Assembly (NCBI RefSeq): GCF_006345805.1
Contig: NC_043006.1
Coordinates: forward strand, 55,676,001-55,740,000
Source: Octopus sinensis
Lineage: Eukaryota
DNA length: 64,000 nt
Direction: 5' to 3'
Shown here: positions 39,424 through 53,694 of the stretch, piece after piece
Layout of the letters: every line of letters starts with the position of its first letter
How positions within the stretch are numbered: the stretch's first letter is position 1
Made by a program: the position numbers and the translations under genes
The notes under the pieces: model-generated
Database searches by the model: none
Seen by the model: only the letters and a program-made list of their open reading frames with translations
Told to the model about the DNA's origin: nothing

Positions 39424-40300
39424 TACGAGGTCTGATCAGTAAGTATTCGGATTGTTGCTTTAGTAACGAAGCTCAAGAAAGCAGCGTAAAACCGCTTGGT
39501 TAAAATTAACCTTGAACTCTGCTGTGTATGCGCACTAAGTTTTAACGTTCTAGCTCACTTTCGCTGAATGCATCAGTGCTTGGAAGGAAGGTGTGTAGCG
39601 TGTAATCCTCGCATTGTTCATGACAGATTTGTCATAGCGATACCTGCTCAGAAGCCTATGAAAAGTTGCAGGAAGTGTATGGAGAGGAGTGTATGAACTG
39701 CACATGTGTACAGGTAGTTCAGACGTATTCAAGATGACCAAAAGATGTCGATATTGACGAACGTTCTGGGAGACCCGCAACCAACAGAACTGAGAAAACC
39801 ATCGCAGATGTTCATGCAGCTGTTATGGGAAATCGCCGTGATTTATCAGAGGATATGCAGATTAATTACGGTTCAATTTAGTCCATTATTAGTGAAGACT
39901 TGGGTATGAGACGTGTGTCAACCAATTTTGTGCCAAAACTGCTTTCAGCTGACCAAGAGGTCACTCGAGTTTCGGTTGCACAAGATCTTCATTGTGTTGA
40001 GAGTGATAGAAAATTTTGAATACTTGGTGTAGGCTTGTGAGCAGAAAAGGCTAAGTTTTTTTGCAAATTAAGATGCAAATTCTCTGCTCAACTTTCTGTG
40101 TCATGGTCAATGTGAAGATCACACGCTACACACCTTCTTACCATGCACTGGTGTAAACAACAGGCGTGATCCAGGGCGTCAAATTTTATTGCGTATTCAC
40201 AGTAGATTCCAAGGCCAATCTGTGCCAAGCGGCTTCACTCTAAGTGCATTAACTTCGTTACTATGGCAACAATACGGATACTTATTTATCATACCACGTA
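39424..40300. mobile_element. Non-autonomous mariner made of two opposed left ends
   Basis: tacgaggtctgatcagtaagt / acttatttatcataccacgta termini. + strand: ERSGRP, EDLGMRRVSTNFVPKLL. - strand: [10 protein letters not shown]. Confidence 0.8.
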
Positions 40301-40344
40301 TATATATATGTATGTGTGTGTGTATACGTATATATATATGTGTG

Positions 40345-40417
<73 letters not shown>

Positions 40418-40442
40418 GTATGTATGTATGTATATATGTGTA

Positions 40443-41721
40443 CACAGACATACAGGAAATAAATAGACAACTTTAATTTTCAAAATCTTTTATTTAATAC
40501 GCAAAGCGAACAATTGAAATGTAATCGATACGTCGGACTACATACTTTAGTATTTAGTTGACATTCCCTTTGCAGTTTTTAATTCAGAAACTCTTTTTGG
40601 CAATGAGCTGATGAGCTTTGCGATTGTCTCTTGTGGAATTTCTTCAGTCCACTTTTCATGCAACAATTGAAACAATTCATCTTCAGATTTAGGTTTCTGT
40701 CGAGCTTTTCATATAGCTCTATCTAGTATGCTCCAAAGATTTTCAATTGGGTTCATGTCAGGAAATTGGCTCGGCTAAGGAAGCGTTTTGATCCCGTTTT
40801 CAGTTAGCCATTGTTGATTCCTTTTCGCTGTGGGTCAGGGAGCCCCATCTTCCATGAATAAAAACTCATTTTGCATGAAGTTATTGTGTGAATACATTGG
40901 AAGTAATCCTTGCTTAAGTATTGCGATGTGTTTTTCAGAGATTATGGTTCCAACACATCCAATCAGCTCAGAACGACCATTGCTGGTGACAGCTCCCCAT
41001 ACCATTACAGATATACCGCCATGTTTCACAGTTGGACGGAGTCATTTCAAATCAAATTCTTGATTAGGAAGCCTCCAGATCCAAACACTTCCACTGTCTG
41101 AAAATAATGCAAATCTAGATTCATCTGAGAAAATCACTCTATCCCAAAATGAACTGCATTTTTCTCACATCTCCTTAGCTCATTTGTTTCTTTTCAAGAT
41201 ATTAATTGGTTGCAGGAGAGGCTTTCTTCTAGCTGCTCTTCCATAATACACAAGCTTATGCAGATATGTAACACACGTTCTTGGACTAACTTCTAGCTGT
41301 TTTGCAATGTCAGAAGCCTTCGAACCCGGTTCGTTATTCACAGTTCTCTTCAAACACGGAAGCTTCCTTTCCGAGGTCCCAGGTCGGCCGGGATAAGAAT
41401 ATGTTGATTCTTTTCCTTGGCTTTTGAATTGCACTATAATTCTAGTAACTGTAGCAAGAGGAATTTGAAAATTTTCGGCAATGTTTCGCTGGCTAAGACC
41501 AACCTTATATTGCCCAAGAATACGACCCTTTGAAACTCTGATAGTTCTGTTAAATTGTTTGTGCGTGGCATGGTTACCCTTCGCAAATAATTAATATAAT
41601 GGCACCTGGAATGATAAAGAATAATTACATTGTAAATTCTACATCACTGAAAACATGTAAAGACGCTTAGATCAGAAATTTTGAAAATTAAAAGTGCTTG
41701 TTTACTTCCTGCATGTCTGTG
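40443..41721 (-). mobile_element. Tc1-family DNA transposon, decayed
   Basis: TA-flanked TIRs cacagacat(a/g)caggaa. [59 protein letters not shown]. Confidence 0.9.
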
Positions 41722-41998
41722 TATATGTATGTATATATATATATATGTATGTATGTATATGTAGGTATATATATGTATGGATATATATGTATGTATATAT
41801 ATACATATATACATATATATATATGTATATGTATATATATATATGCATGCATATGTATGTATATATATATACATACATACATATACATATATATATATAT
41901 ATATATATTCATGAATATATATAATATATATGTATCTATGTGTATGAATATATATAAATATGTAAGTATATGTATGAATATGTATGTATATATATATA

Positions 41999-42046
<48 letters not shown>

Positions 42047-44915
42047 TGGTTGTTATTTAAATGTCCTGATAACCTGGAATAATTATTATTCCCTAAGATT
42101 TTAAAATTATATTATATATATATTATTTATATATAAATAGTATATATATTATATACATATATATTATTTATATATATATATATACGTATTATTTATATAT
42201 ATATTTTATATGTTATTATTTATATATATATTGTTTATATATATTATTCATATATATATATTATTTATGTATATATATATTTATATTATTTATATACATA
42301 TGTATATATATATATATATACTAATTATATATACGTATGTATATATGATATATATATGTATATATATATATATATATATTAATTATATATATACATATAT
42401 ATACATATATTAATTATGTATATATAAATATATATATTAATTTATTATTATATGTATATACACATATATCGGCATATAAATTCAGTCATGTGTCGAATTC
42501 GAATCTTATAATTTAATACTGCCAACATATGACGTATCAGCGGTCATCATTCGTCTTCGTACGTTTATGATAGTACGGCCATTTTTCATCATAGCTGTTA
42601 AAATTCAGATATTATTCGATGAGACGTTTGGACAGAGCTGAATAAAAAATATTGCAATGATAGACAGATGACTGAAGTAACGAGATACAGTAAATTAACT
42701 AATTTAGATTGGATCTCATATTTTCTGTGCCAAAATACATACTTTATACATATATTTATTGCAAGTAAAAGGCTGAGTGTGACTTGGAAGTTTCGGAGCT
42801 CTTACTGTCGCCTGATTGTGAGCTACTGTGTATTTTCTTCTGGCTTCATATAGTATTTAACGTGTTGTTATTTTGTTATTGACATGCTCTATATCAAGCC
42901 GGAATAACTCTCACCATCATAATTTTCTATGAATACAAAGTCCAACAAGCATCACCTAACGGTCTCTATTTTCTTTCTTCTTACACATTCTCTTCTTTGT
43001 CTACATATACCCAGCCAAATTATTCACGTTAGTCCATCTAGGCGAACTACACGCCAAAGACTGTATAAAATCAGTAAGAACCAAAATAAATAACTATCTG
43101 ATGATGCCAAACAAGCCAAACCTCCAGGCCGCAGTCAATCTTTATGTTCTGAAAATTGATATGTAATCTGCTTGAAAATATCAAGCAACCCTTTAGTTTA
43201 ATGAACAAATATTAATGTATATAGTGAAAATGTTGATCACTTAAAATCTGTGTAAAGCCACCCAATATATCTATTTATACAAATAAGAAACTGACCTTCT
43301 TAAAATCTCACTCCATTCTACCTCACTTAAGTTATTTGTAAAGGAGACACGGATTGGCTATTTCTACTCTCCTTTTGGCTGTTGAATTGTACAAACTTTT
43401 TCCAGTTTCTTTTGGCAAATTCACGATGGTAAATGATCTCTGACACGTGGCGTGTAGCTTATGAGAAAGAAACATGAATAATTACGTAGCACCTAATGTT
43501 ACGTAAAATGCATTCGGTGCTCCTTTTGAAACACGAGTAGTACATAGCCACATATTCCATTTCATTCATTCATAGACTTAATTATCGTATAATAGCAATC
43601 TTTGTTGCTATATACTGGAGCTGTACATAGCTTTTGAAAGAATATAAATATACAAACTTTTAGTGCTTGAATATTATTTTGTTGTGGGCGCGCGAAAGCA
43701 GTGTTGCGATAAACAGACATTTAGATCTGTTCAAATGTGTTTGGGATATATTTGATTTGTACAAAGGCTGTATTTCTTGCAGTTTGTCATGGAGAACCTT
43801 TCTCGTGTTAGGAAATAGGTGTTAAAAAACACCAGCAGTCATTTGAAAGCGCCTTGTCTCGATAGAACGGTGAATGCATTTATCGTCCCATGGCAATCAC
43901 CAGCAAGAGAGGCAATCCTAAGTGACTTCGGAAACATTTGTTTTCTTATAGCAAATCAGCATCAAAATATGAGCTGATCATGCGCGACACTGACCTCAGT
44001 GAAGCAAATTAAATACGAAACTAGTGTTGCAAATGAACAAACATTTCGATCAGTTCAAATATGTTTAGAAGCAAGAAAATGCATTCCCCGTTCACCCGAA
44101 AGTAGGGGGTCTTTAAATGTCTCTAAGTGATTTTCAACATCTATTGCTTAACGTGAGAAAGGTTATACACGGTAAATTAACAGTGAATACGGCCTTTGTA
44201 CAAGATAAATATGTCCCCAACATATTTGAACTGATTTAAATGAATATCTTATATAATTTTAATATAGGGTTGATCTGAGTAATCGTTTGTATATTATATG
44301 CAGGTAAGACGAAGTCTTTCTTCTCTTACATTAAAAACATTTGCTAGAAGGTTTAGTATTTTCAGTTTTTACATAACAACATCCATTACAACTGCTACCC
44401 TGGCAGACGTTGAATTTTTTTCTTTTTTTGATTTGTGAACAAGGTTCTGTATTATGTATATGTCGAATCTTTAAAGGTAGTTCAGGTAAAGCCAATATAT
44501 ATTTTCAGGTTTCCGTCAGTATCAGAGTTATCGATTCTGTTTACCAGTTGCATCTCAAGACATCTGTTGTTTAATGGATAACTGGTTGTGTTTACACAGT
44601 TATAGTTATAAAAGCGTTGGAATAGTGCAGTTATGAACAAAAAAAAATTTGTAATCCTACTCAAAGGTAATAACATACAAAACTGAACCACGTGAATCAT
44701 CACCTTTAAATTCATAGAAATTATTTTTGTTTTTAATCTATTCTGCACCAATATCTCATACAAGATATTTATGCGATCATACGTTCAGTATTTGAATACC
44801 TCTTCAGTTCCTCTTAGCCATGTCAATATATATATATAATGTACATACATGCATGTAGACATGTATATATATGAATATATATAATGTACATACATGCATG
44901 CACACATGTATGTAC

Positions 44916-45019
<104 letters not shown>

Positions 45020-45391
45020 CACCAAGTAAGTTAGGGGTTATGGGTCCAACCCACTAAGGGATAATATTTATCCATTATGCTGTTGGTATAATACCCAAAT
45101 TCTTAATACACAAATGTTTTTTAATTGCAAGGCAATTAACTTATTTATTTTATTAAACGGGTGAAGGTAAAGAAATATATTACCATTAATTTATAATACA
45201 AATAAGAAAATGGAGAAGCAATTTAGTTGGTTCATCAGCTTTCGGATATTAGAATGTTGAATTATTTATTCATTTAACAAAAATGAGAACCTTAATAGCA
45301 TACGTATATATTATTATAATTCAATACATATAAGATAAGAATACAATTATAAAAATCATAATATAAATTACTGAAATCATTAAAATCACTC

Positions 45392-45480
45392 CTTACAGCT
45401 GTTTCAGCCTATGGATAAAAGTATTTTTTCAGTAGTTTTAAAAATAGGATACTTGTATATAACCATAGGCCTCATCAGAG
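45392..45480 (-). ncRNA. Type I hammerhead motif (weak helix I)
   Basis: ct-CTGATGA-ggcctatgg...ccataggct-GAAA-cagctg-TA-ag; 9-bp helix II and palindromic ACAGCTGT helix III. Confidence 0.6.
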
Positions 45481-45904
45481 TTTATAAAGAACTTTAAAAA
45501 TATTAATACATGGAACAGGATACACGTATAATTCAATATATATAAAAATATGAACAAATATCCATATACACTTACACATCTACATGTATACATATATATA
45601 TTTTTTACATACATAAATAAACACAATTAAACAATAGGTCCAAGTAAATAGACCATGCGAGCATCAACAATTTGACCTCTTTGAAAGTCCGACGCATCTG
45701 TCATTTTAATGAATTTTAATTACCTTATTGCTGATGATATCTGAACAGAAACAGCAATTTTAGCAAAACATATTAAGCAACACTAATAATAAATCAAAAA
45801 CATAAAAATAAACAAGCTTTTGACGGTTTTATAGATATTACAAAATTATGATGCTATGATGCTAGGTGTTTCCATTATTTTGTCCAATCCCTGTATATAT
45901 AACT

Positions 45905-46230
45905 CAAACATGCCGTAGAAAATCCGCTTGTCAGCTCAGGAACCAATGAGTCCAAAACGACATATAAATGCACAATTCCCCACATCCCAACATAAGTACG
46001 CAGACGTAGGTGTCTCGGAAAACCAATTCAAAGTCCATTATTGCAATCAAATCTCGTCACTCCAAAAAATAAACAGACGACACACAACTTCACTGGCAGA
46101 CCTAATATGGAGACGGAAAGAATCAAAAATTACATATAAAACGGAATGGTCAATTCCGTATAATGCTGAGTAATGAGAACCTGGTAAAGAAGCATGATGG
46201 TACTGCATCAAGGCATTATTACTATTATTA
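45905..46230 (+). mobile_element. PLE GIY-YIG endonuclease remnant (same type as the 58.4-59.8 kb ORF)
   Basis: CRRKSACQL...YKCT...VGVSENQFKVHYCNQISSL...RHTTSLADLIWRRKESKITYKTEWSI. Confidence 0.7.
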
Positions 46231-46350
46231 CTAAACTGCTGGGCGAGGTTCACTTCGAATTTCAACTGGATTGCCAAAAGAGAACAAAACCAGTCAGATT
46301 GAAACAAAGGATAATTTTTCTTGGCTCGCTTCCCTTTCGTCCATCTTCAA

Positions 46351-46440
<90 letters not shown>

Positions 46441-46470
46441 TACTATCATTATCATCATCATCACCATCAT
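46351..46470. repeat. (ATT)n/(ATC)n microsatellite
   Basis: Directly visible. Confidence 0.9.
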
Positions 46471-47615
46471 AACATTTAGGTATGGATATTTCTGTTATGA
46501 AGACCGCAATTTTCTGAATGTTTCGAGATTTTTCAAATTATATAATTTCAAAATTCATGTTTTATTTTTAATGAATACATGAATTCTAAACAAGGGATCA
46601 TAACGTCTAACAGCGAGAAACATGAGAAAAAAAGAACGAAATGTGTTAGTATAAGGGAATGAGAACGCCAGAAACAACAGTATTGTTAACATAACAACCG
46701 AATATATGTTTTAGTCGTTCATCGACTTTATAATGTAAATAGATAGCACTGGAAATGCCAAAAGCAACGGCAACAGCTGTAGCATCAGTAGTGGTAGTGA
46801 TGAAATCAGAGATAACAGATATAATCAATTTGTCAATATCAATGGTAAGAATTTTTCGGCTCTATCATTATCATAGCACCTGTGCCACTATCTCAAGTAC
46901 ATTGAATGCCACGGAAAAAAAAAACACCATCTCCATCACAATCAATATCACATGTACAGCTTCACCCGCTGGGGAAGCATGCAACACCAATAGCAAAATC
47001 ACCTAAACCTTTAACTCGTGCAGTTATGACAGCGGCAACATCCATGACAAACGTCGTCTCTACTACTAACGTTATCACCTACGTAAACAATACAGCGTTC
47101 ATTTGCATTCGCTTGACAAAAGCACAAACCTCTTATTGCTTCCCATTCCACTTTTTGCATCATCGGAAATAGCAATCGAAGCGTTAAGAAGAAAGGGCTT
47201 GGTCTTCATACGTGTCAATCAAATGTCCAATTATTTTGATAATCCTTTCACAGCGTATTACAAGGAATGTATGAAGAGTGAGTGGGTTCCACGTGACAAG
47301 CAATATATGAAAGGAAATATAGTACACAATGATACATACGGGACTCTATGCCTCAATGAAGAAGTAAGTTAAATACTAACCACATGTACATGCTCTTCAT
47401 ATGTTAATTCATTTGTGTTTGTCCGATATGGAACGGCGAGTAAGGAGACATTGCATAATATGCAATAAGTTATACGATGTGATGCTGAAAATTTTTTGGC
47501 TTTAAGGGTATCGGGAAATGGCTCTCTGGAGGCCCAACAATAAGTGTGTGACTGAGATGGGAATATGTTGAATATATCTAGATATATATACATATATACA
47601 TATATATATATACCA

Positions 47616-47656
<41 letters not shown>

Positions 47657-47735
47657 CACACATATATGTATATACATGTATATATGTTATACGTATGTAT
47701 GTATATATATATATTACATTTATATGTAATATATA

Positions 47736-47791
<56 letters not shown>

Positions 47792-47816
47792 ATATATATA
47801 TATATATATAGACACG

Positions 47817-47886
<70 letters not shown>

Positions 47887-48213
47887 GGGGCAGGAGTGGC
47901 TGTGTGGTAAGTAGCTTGCTTACCAACCACATGAAACCACATGAGACGGAAACTGAAAGAATCCCGTCTTATATATGTATATATATATATGTGTGTGTGT
48001 ATGTTTGTGTGTCTGTGCTTGTTCCCCTAGCATTACTTGACAACTGATGCTGGTGTGTTTACGCCGCCGTCACTTAGCGGTTTGGCAAAGAGACCGATAG
48101 AATAAGTACTGGGCTTACAAAGAATAAGTCCCGGGGTCAATTTGCTCGACTAAAGGCGGTGCTCCAGCATGGCCGCAATCAAATGACCAAAACAAGTAAC
48201 AGAGTAAAGAGTA
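47887..48213 (+). mobile_element. SINE (family of 1447-1894), internally deleted head
   Basis: ggggcaggagtggctgtgtggtaag...gacggaaactgaaagaa...aaaacaagtaacagagtaaagagta. Confidence 0.85.
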
Positions 48214-51200
48214 ATATACTGCTTGATGTAGACATCAAGGAGATTTCGAGTGTCCTTGAAAAGGTATGTTCTAAAAATCGTATGAACTTTTTGTGTAACT
48301 GTGTGATGAACTTCGAAAAAAAGGAAATTTCGGCCCTGAAGACCAAAAAAGAAAAGAAGCTGAAAAAGCTGATTTCCCATTCCCCTGAGCCAGTGGGCAA
48401 GGGAACATTTTGGTTGAGAAGATTTGCTTTCAAATATGAAGAGAAATCGTTTTTACTTTCAGGACAAATGTTATGTGATAAACTCATTGACGCCGGGTTG
48501 AAAATCGTAACGGAAAGTTTTCCAGAAATTCCAATACAACCAAACATTTTTCTTACACGGAATTTCTAACATACAATCCACACCGCACACTGTTTATTCA
48601 TCACACCAGGAACAATCATTTTGTTTTGTAGACTAAATTTTTCGGAGATGTTTATATTTTTGACAGTTTGAATTTAACAGTTTCGCAGGAACTAATGGCA
48701 CAAATAACAACGTTGTATTCAGCACTAAGAAATATTATTCCTACAATTCAACAAGCTCATATAATTAATCCCCAATTTGGCGCATATGATTGTGGCCTTT
48801 TTGCCTAGAGTATGCATTTGAACTGGTCATTGGAAACGATCCAGAGAAGTTTCTATTTGATCAGTCAAAAATGCGAGCACATTTAATATTTTGCCTCGAA
48901 AACAATAAATTTGTTCCTTCCCCGAAAGTAAAGGTTTTTCAAATGTCTACAAAAACTACAGAAGTCACTCACTTTCTGTCACCCACCCAGAAATGAATTA
49001 CCCCTAGAAAAACGACTAAAAATTATAACTTCTTATATGAATATTTAGAACAAATATTATCACCCAATATGTTCCGTGTTTTAGGTGAAGATTTCGAGCA
49101 AAACCCCAAAAGACTCTGAAAACCACTTGCCCGAGAAAAACCATCACACTAGAGAAAAAGTCGGTCATAAATTTCTCTATACTAAAACTTTCGCCCGACG
49201 ATGTCTCAATCTTAGAGCTTGGACTGAGTTTTTGCCCAAGCATTAAGATTTACGACAAGAATAAACTAGCTCAAGGGCTATTTCAGTTTATTCGGCGTCA
49301 CAAGCTGAAAGAATATTTTTTTGAGAAAACTGGTAACGAAGAGTAAGAAAACCCTATGTTTACTAAAAGTAAAAATGATTATGATCAAATCTGGCATAAT
49401 CGGATTGAAAAGAATCCCAATTGGTATCCAGATAAAGTTCGGGATGGATGTTCATAAGCACTACTGGAATTTCTTGAATTTTGTCAGGCTGGCATTAGAG
49501 AAAGCCTTAAAACACCCCGACGTCAAGCCAATAATGATTCTATTGCTATTAAGATGGCGGATAAGGAAGGCGCCATCGTAATTATGGGCAACAGTGAATA
49601 TATTTCGGCTTGTGAAGAAGTTTTAAATGACAAAACTTCATACGAAGATTTACATGTCGATCCAAACACCGATTACAGAGAGGAACATGACAAAATAATT
49701 CTGGAAATGGAGGAAAATAATTTCGTTTTATAAGGCTGAATCTACGATTTTCAGGACAGAAAGAAGAACACCTGTATTTTATGGTCTCCCTAAAATACAC
49801 AAAACGTTTGAAATATTTCCTCCAATGTGCCCAATTTGCAGCGGATATGAATGTTGCACGGCCCAAATTTCGGAATTCCTGGATTAATCTCTACTCCCCG
49901 TCGCAAAACGATTAAGTTCCTATATTCGGGATACCTTTGATTTTGTATCTAAAATCAACAACTTTTTAAAGCACCGAGGCCGTATAGAGAATTGGTTTTT
50001 GGTAACCATGGATGTTTCTTCCCTATATCCCAATATTGACCACAATGAAGGGGTAGAAGCATGCACGGATGCCTTCGAAAAGCGGTCAAACAAAAGTATT
50101 CCATCAAATTTTCTCTGTAGATTATTGAGGTTTGTTAAACACAATGATATTTAGACAAATATTTTACCACCAGACGAAGGGTTGCGCCATGGGTACCCCC
50201 ATGGCTGTTAATTTCGCTAATGTTTTCATGTCGAAATTCGAGACACAGTTACTGAAGACATTCAAATCTCTTCATAGTCATGCACCAATACTCTGGTTAT
50301 AGTTCATTTTCGACGTGTTTTTTGTCTAGGAAGGATCACAGGATAGTTTAATGGACTTCTTGCATTTCTGTGACTGTTATGCTAGTAACTATGGCTTTAA
50401 GTCCAACATAAAATTTATGTCTAGTTTTTCAAAAACTAGTGTTGAATTTTTGGACACAAAAGTCAAGTTTTCTGGAGGCAGAATAGTGACAGAGTTATTT
50501 TACAAACCCACGTCATCCCACATTTATCTCCACCGCCACTCCGATCATCCACATCATCCCATTCGGTCAAATCCGAAATCCCAAGTTTTGAGGATAAAAC
50601 GGATTTGTACTGACATAGGGGATTACTGGAAACATGCAAATGCTTTTGTATGTCATTATGTCAAACGTGGTTACAGCGAATCACGATTAAAGGAAATAGC
50701 AAATGAAATAGCTAAGATTAGCGAAATTAGTCAAACCTACGCGCATGATTTTAGCAAACACCATACAATAGATGACAGAATTCCTTTAGTGATTAGCTTG
50801 TACCGACATTTCGCTGGCATTTCAAAAGTGTTGCATGAAAGTTACCAGCATGTGGCGAAAAAATATCCTCGTTTCAAGCAGATATTTCCTCAGCTGCCTA
50901 TTGTAGCCTTTAGACGGAATAAGAATACAAGAGAATTATTGACCTCTATATCTGATTCCAAGAAAACGAACATTGAAGTATCTACACGTTGAACTTTAAA
51001 GAACAGCTGCAAGAGAGGTAAGCCCTGTTCATTGTGCAACAACATGAGCGAAGTGAATTCCATCAGAAATCATAACAAGTATAAAGCTGCTACAATAGTT
51101 CATAGATAGCAGAGAGTACCACCATAAAACAGGGATATAATTGACCAACCAAATGATACAACGAATACACAGAAACATGCACCAATGTGGAAGAGTGTCA

Positions 51201-51290
51201 GACTAGAGTCCGTAGCAAATTGATAATACCGAAATATTACAGGTATTGACTTAGAGAACATTTCAATACATTAAACAAATGATGCAAGCT
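48214..51290 (+). mobile_element. Decayed Neptune-type Penelope-like element (N-term, Ulp1-like domain, RT, Cys linker, EN remnant)
   Basis: KKEKKLKKL; VINFS..LSPDDVSILELGLSFCP; IKMADKEGAIVIM; FYGLPKIHK; TMDVSSLYPNI; GCAMGTPMAVNFAN; VEFLD; YKPT..HSDHP; PIVAFRRNKN; CKRGKPCSLC. Multiple stops and frameshifts. Confidence 0.88.
48455..48930 (+). pseudogene. Ulp1/SENP (peptidase C48)-like domain remnant within the PLE
   Basis: GQMLCDKLID, HHTRNNHFV (His 48617), VYIFDSL (Asp 48662), PQFGAYDCGLFA (Gln 48773, Cys 48791), DPEKFLFDQSKMRAHL. One stop and two frameshifts. Confidence 0.75.
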
Positions 51291-51956
51291 ATTTTAGCAG
51301 TTCTTTGTTGACGCATGTACACATGTGACACACTATTGCTCACGTTTCTAAGGAAATAATCGATCTTGCGTTTTATACGATATAACCAATCTCAACTTAG
51401 AGTTGCTCTTTAAAACGGCCCTATAGATCTCCTTGCTATGAAACAAAATCTTGTCGGTGTAGCGTGCAGATTCATCTCCCCTGAGCGTTCACAAATGTTT
51501 GAGATACATGCAATAACTTTACTAAGATTTCACAGGTATTGCATCAAGAGTTGGAAAGTTTAGCCTCTTTCTTACAATACACATGCATGAAGTCATATCC
51601 ATCATGCTTCTTTCAAAACTTCAGAAAACAGGCCCGATATGTTTTCACGTATCTGTCATGCAAATCTTAATGAACTGCTAACAGATATAAAAGACATATA
51701 GGTATTAGGTGCATCTTATAGGACCAATGAACTGTTAAATTGATCACAGTGGAATCTGAACAAAGGGGGCAGAGGTTCGCAACAAAACCTTGAGACATTG
51801 TTTACAAAACTGTAAATGCTCTGCTTATTAACCGCCTTGAAGTTATATGCTTAGAATATGCTTATTTTTTAGTTTTACTTATTTCTTATATTAATTCGAA
51901 ATATTTTTTTTATTGTGTATTTTTTATATGTAACTTAGGATTGTATATATATATAT

Positions 51957-52030
<74 letters not shown>

Positions 52031-52057
52031 ATATATATGTATGTATATATATATATG

Positions 52058-52161
<104 letters not shown>

Positions 52162-52335
52162 TACATACATACATACACACACAAAATGGGACAAAATCGC
52201 AAAACATCCGGACAGTTAAGTGATACAAAAAATGAGACAAGAAAACATTCAAGGACGGGCCATTCGAAGTTTTCTTTCCTCAGTCGAGTACCAGATTATC
52301 TTCGCAATTTCGGCTGGTTATATATATATAATATG

Positions 52336-52410
<75 letters not shown>

Positions 52411-52415
<5 letters not shown>

Positions 52416-53197
52416 AGCAGTGGATCAACTGTTGTCTAACTTACATAAAAAAGAAAATAATGCTGACGTCTCATTTTAACAGATATATTTACCAAAATTA
52501 CAGAAAAATATCTTGAAATACTAAAGAGTAAATTTATTCAATAAAGTCGCGGTTGGATTCAACGACGCCCTCCAGACAACTTCAGAATCTCCTGCAATTC
52601 TTCTGCACGCTCTCCCTGTTTTTAGTTGGTGAATGCTGCTATAATCCATGCTTTCAGTTCATCATTGATGTTACAAGGAGCTTTGTTGGCCTCTCGCTCA
52701 ACTGTGCCCGACACATAATAACCAAGGATGTGGAGTCTGGGGAGTAAGGTGGTCAGCTGTTAGGGGATATGTGGCCGCATAAATTGTCTGACAGCCATGA
52801 CTGGGTTCTTCTGCTTGTGTGGCATAGTGCAGAATCCTGTTGCCAGACATAGGGTCTTCCAGCAGCCACCCTTTTGACCCAGGGTAGCACTACCTCTTTC
52901 AGGCACTTGATGTAGGCCTCTGAATTGAGTCTCAGGCCGTGTGGGAAGATGAATGGAGGCATACTATTACCATCACTAGTGATCACTCCAAACACCATGA
53001 TGTTGACTGGATGTTTGATTTTTATCACTCCTGGTACATGTCCTCAGATTGCACTGTCCTCAGATTGACACTCAAACATTCGTATTGGAACTTCCGGCGC
53101 GAATGCCAAGCAGTACAGCGTATCGTTCCCAAATTTCTGGCAGAATGAATTGCATCATGGTGCTGTTTTTGTCACAGACGGTCCCTAACTGACCCTA
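52411..53197 (-). mobile_element. Tc1/mariner DD37D (maT-like) deletion derivative
   Basis: KHPVNIMVFGVITSDG, WQQDSALCH...SPN(W)PPYSPD; the spacing to the expected PLDY Asp fits DD37D. Imperfect taggg(t)cagt TIRs. Confidence 0.75.
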
Positions 53198-53694
53198 CTA
53201 TACTGTATAGTCGACAAAATCAAAAACCATGCGTATGCGCGTAATAACAAAAATTTTAAATGGCAACATTTATATATATATATATATATATATACCTGTA
53301 TATATATAAATAAACATTTCAAAATGTTTATTCGGCGGCCATTTATCTAATCAAACTAATGCATTTCCTCTAGTCACCTAATAAAATAATAATGTGGCTA
53401 CACCGTAAGACATGCTAGGTGTCTCAAAGCGAAGATGAGAATTAAAGAGCCGGATATTATTGCCAAGGTTCTCAAGGATGGTTGTAACTCACTCTCAAGA
53501 GAAAGATTAACACATTACTTAGGAAACTTAGAAATTCATCTGGTCTAATGATTTGGAAATAGAAATAACTAGAATGTAGTGATACAGACAAATACTTAAC
53601 TACGATCTCGGACTAACATATATATGCAAATTACAAAAATAGTGTTTCTTTACATTGCACGCATATTACTTTCAGTAATTTCAATGCAACACTT

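Noticed and set aside
44775-44812. Minus-strand CTGAAGA-ggtat(tcaa)atact-GAA-cgtatg
   Set aside because: Incomplete GAAA and no helix I; possible fossil only.
52240-52320. ccagcc-GAAA-ttgcgaa half-hammerhead on the minus strand
   Set aside because: Truncated by (TA)n before any CTGANGA/helix II 5' strand; cannot be supported.
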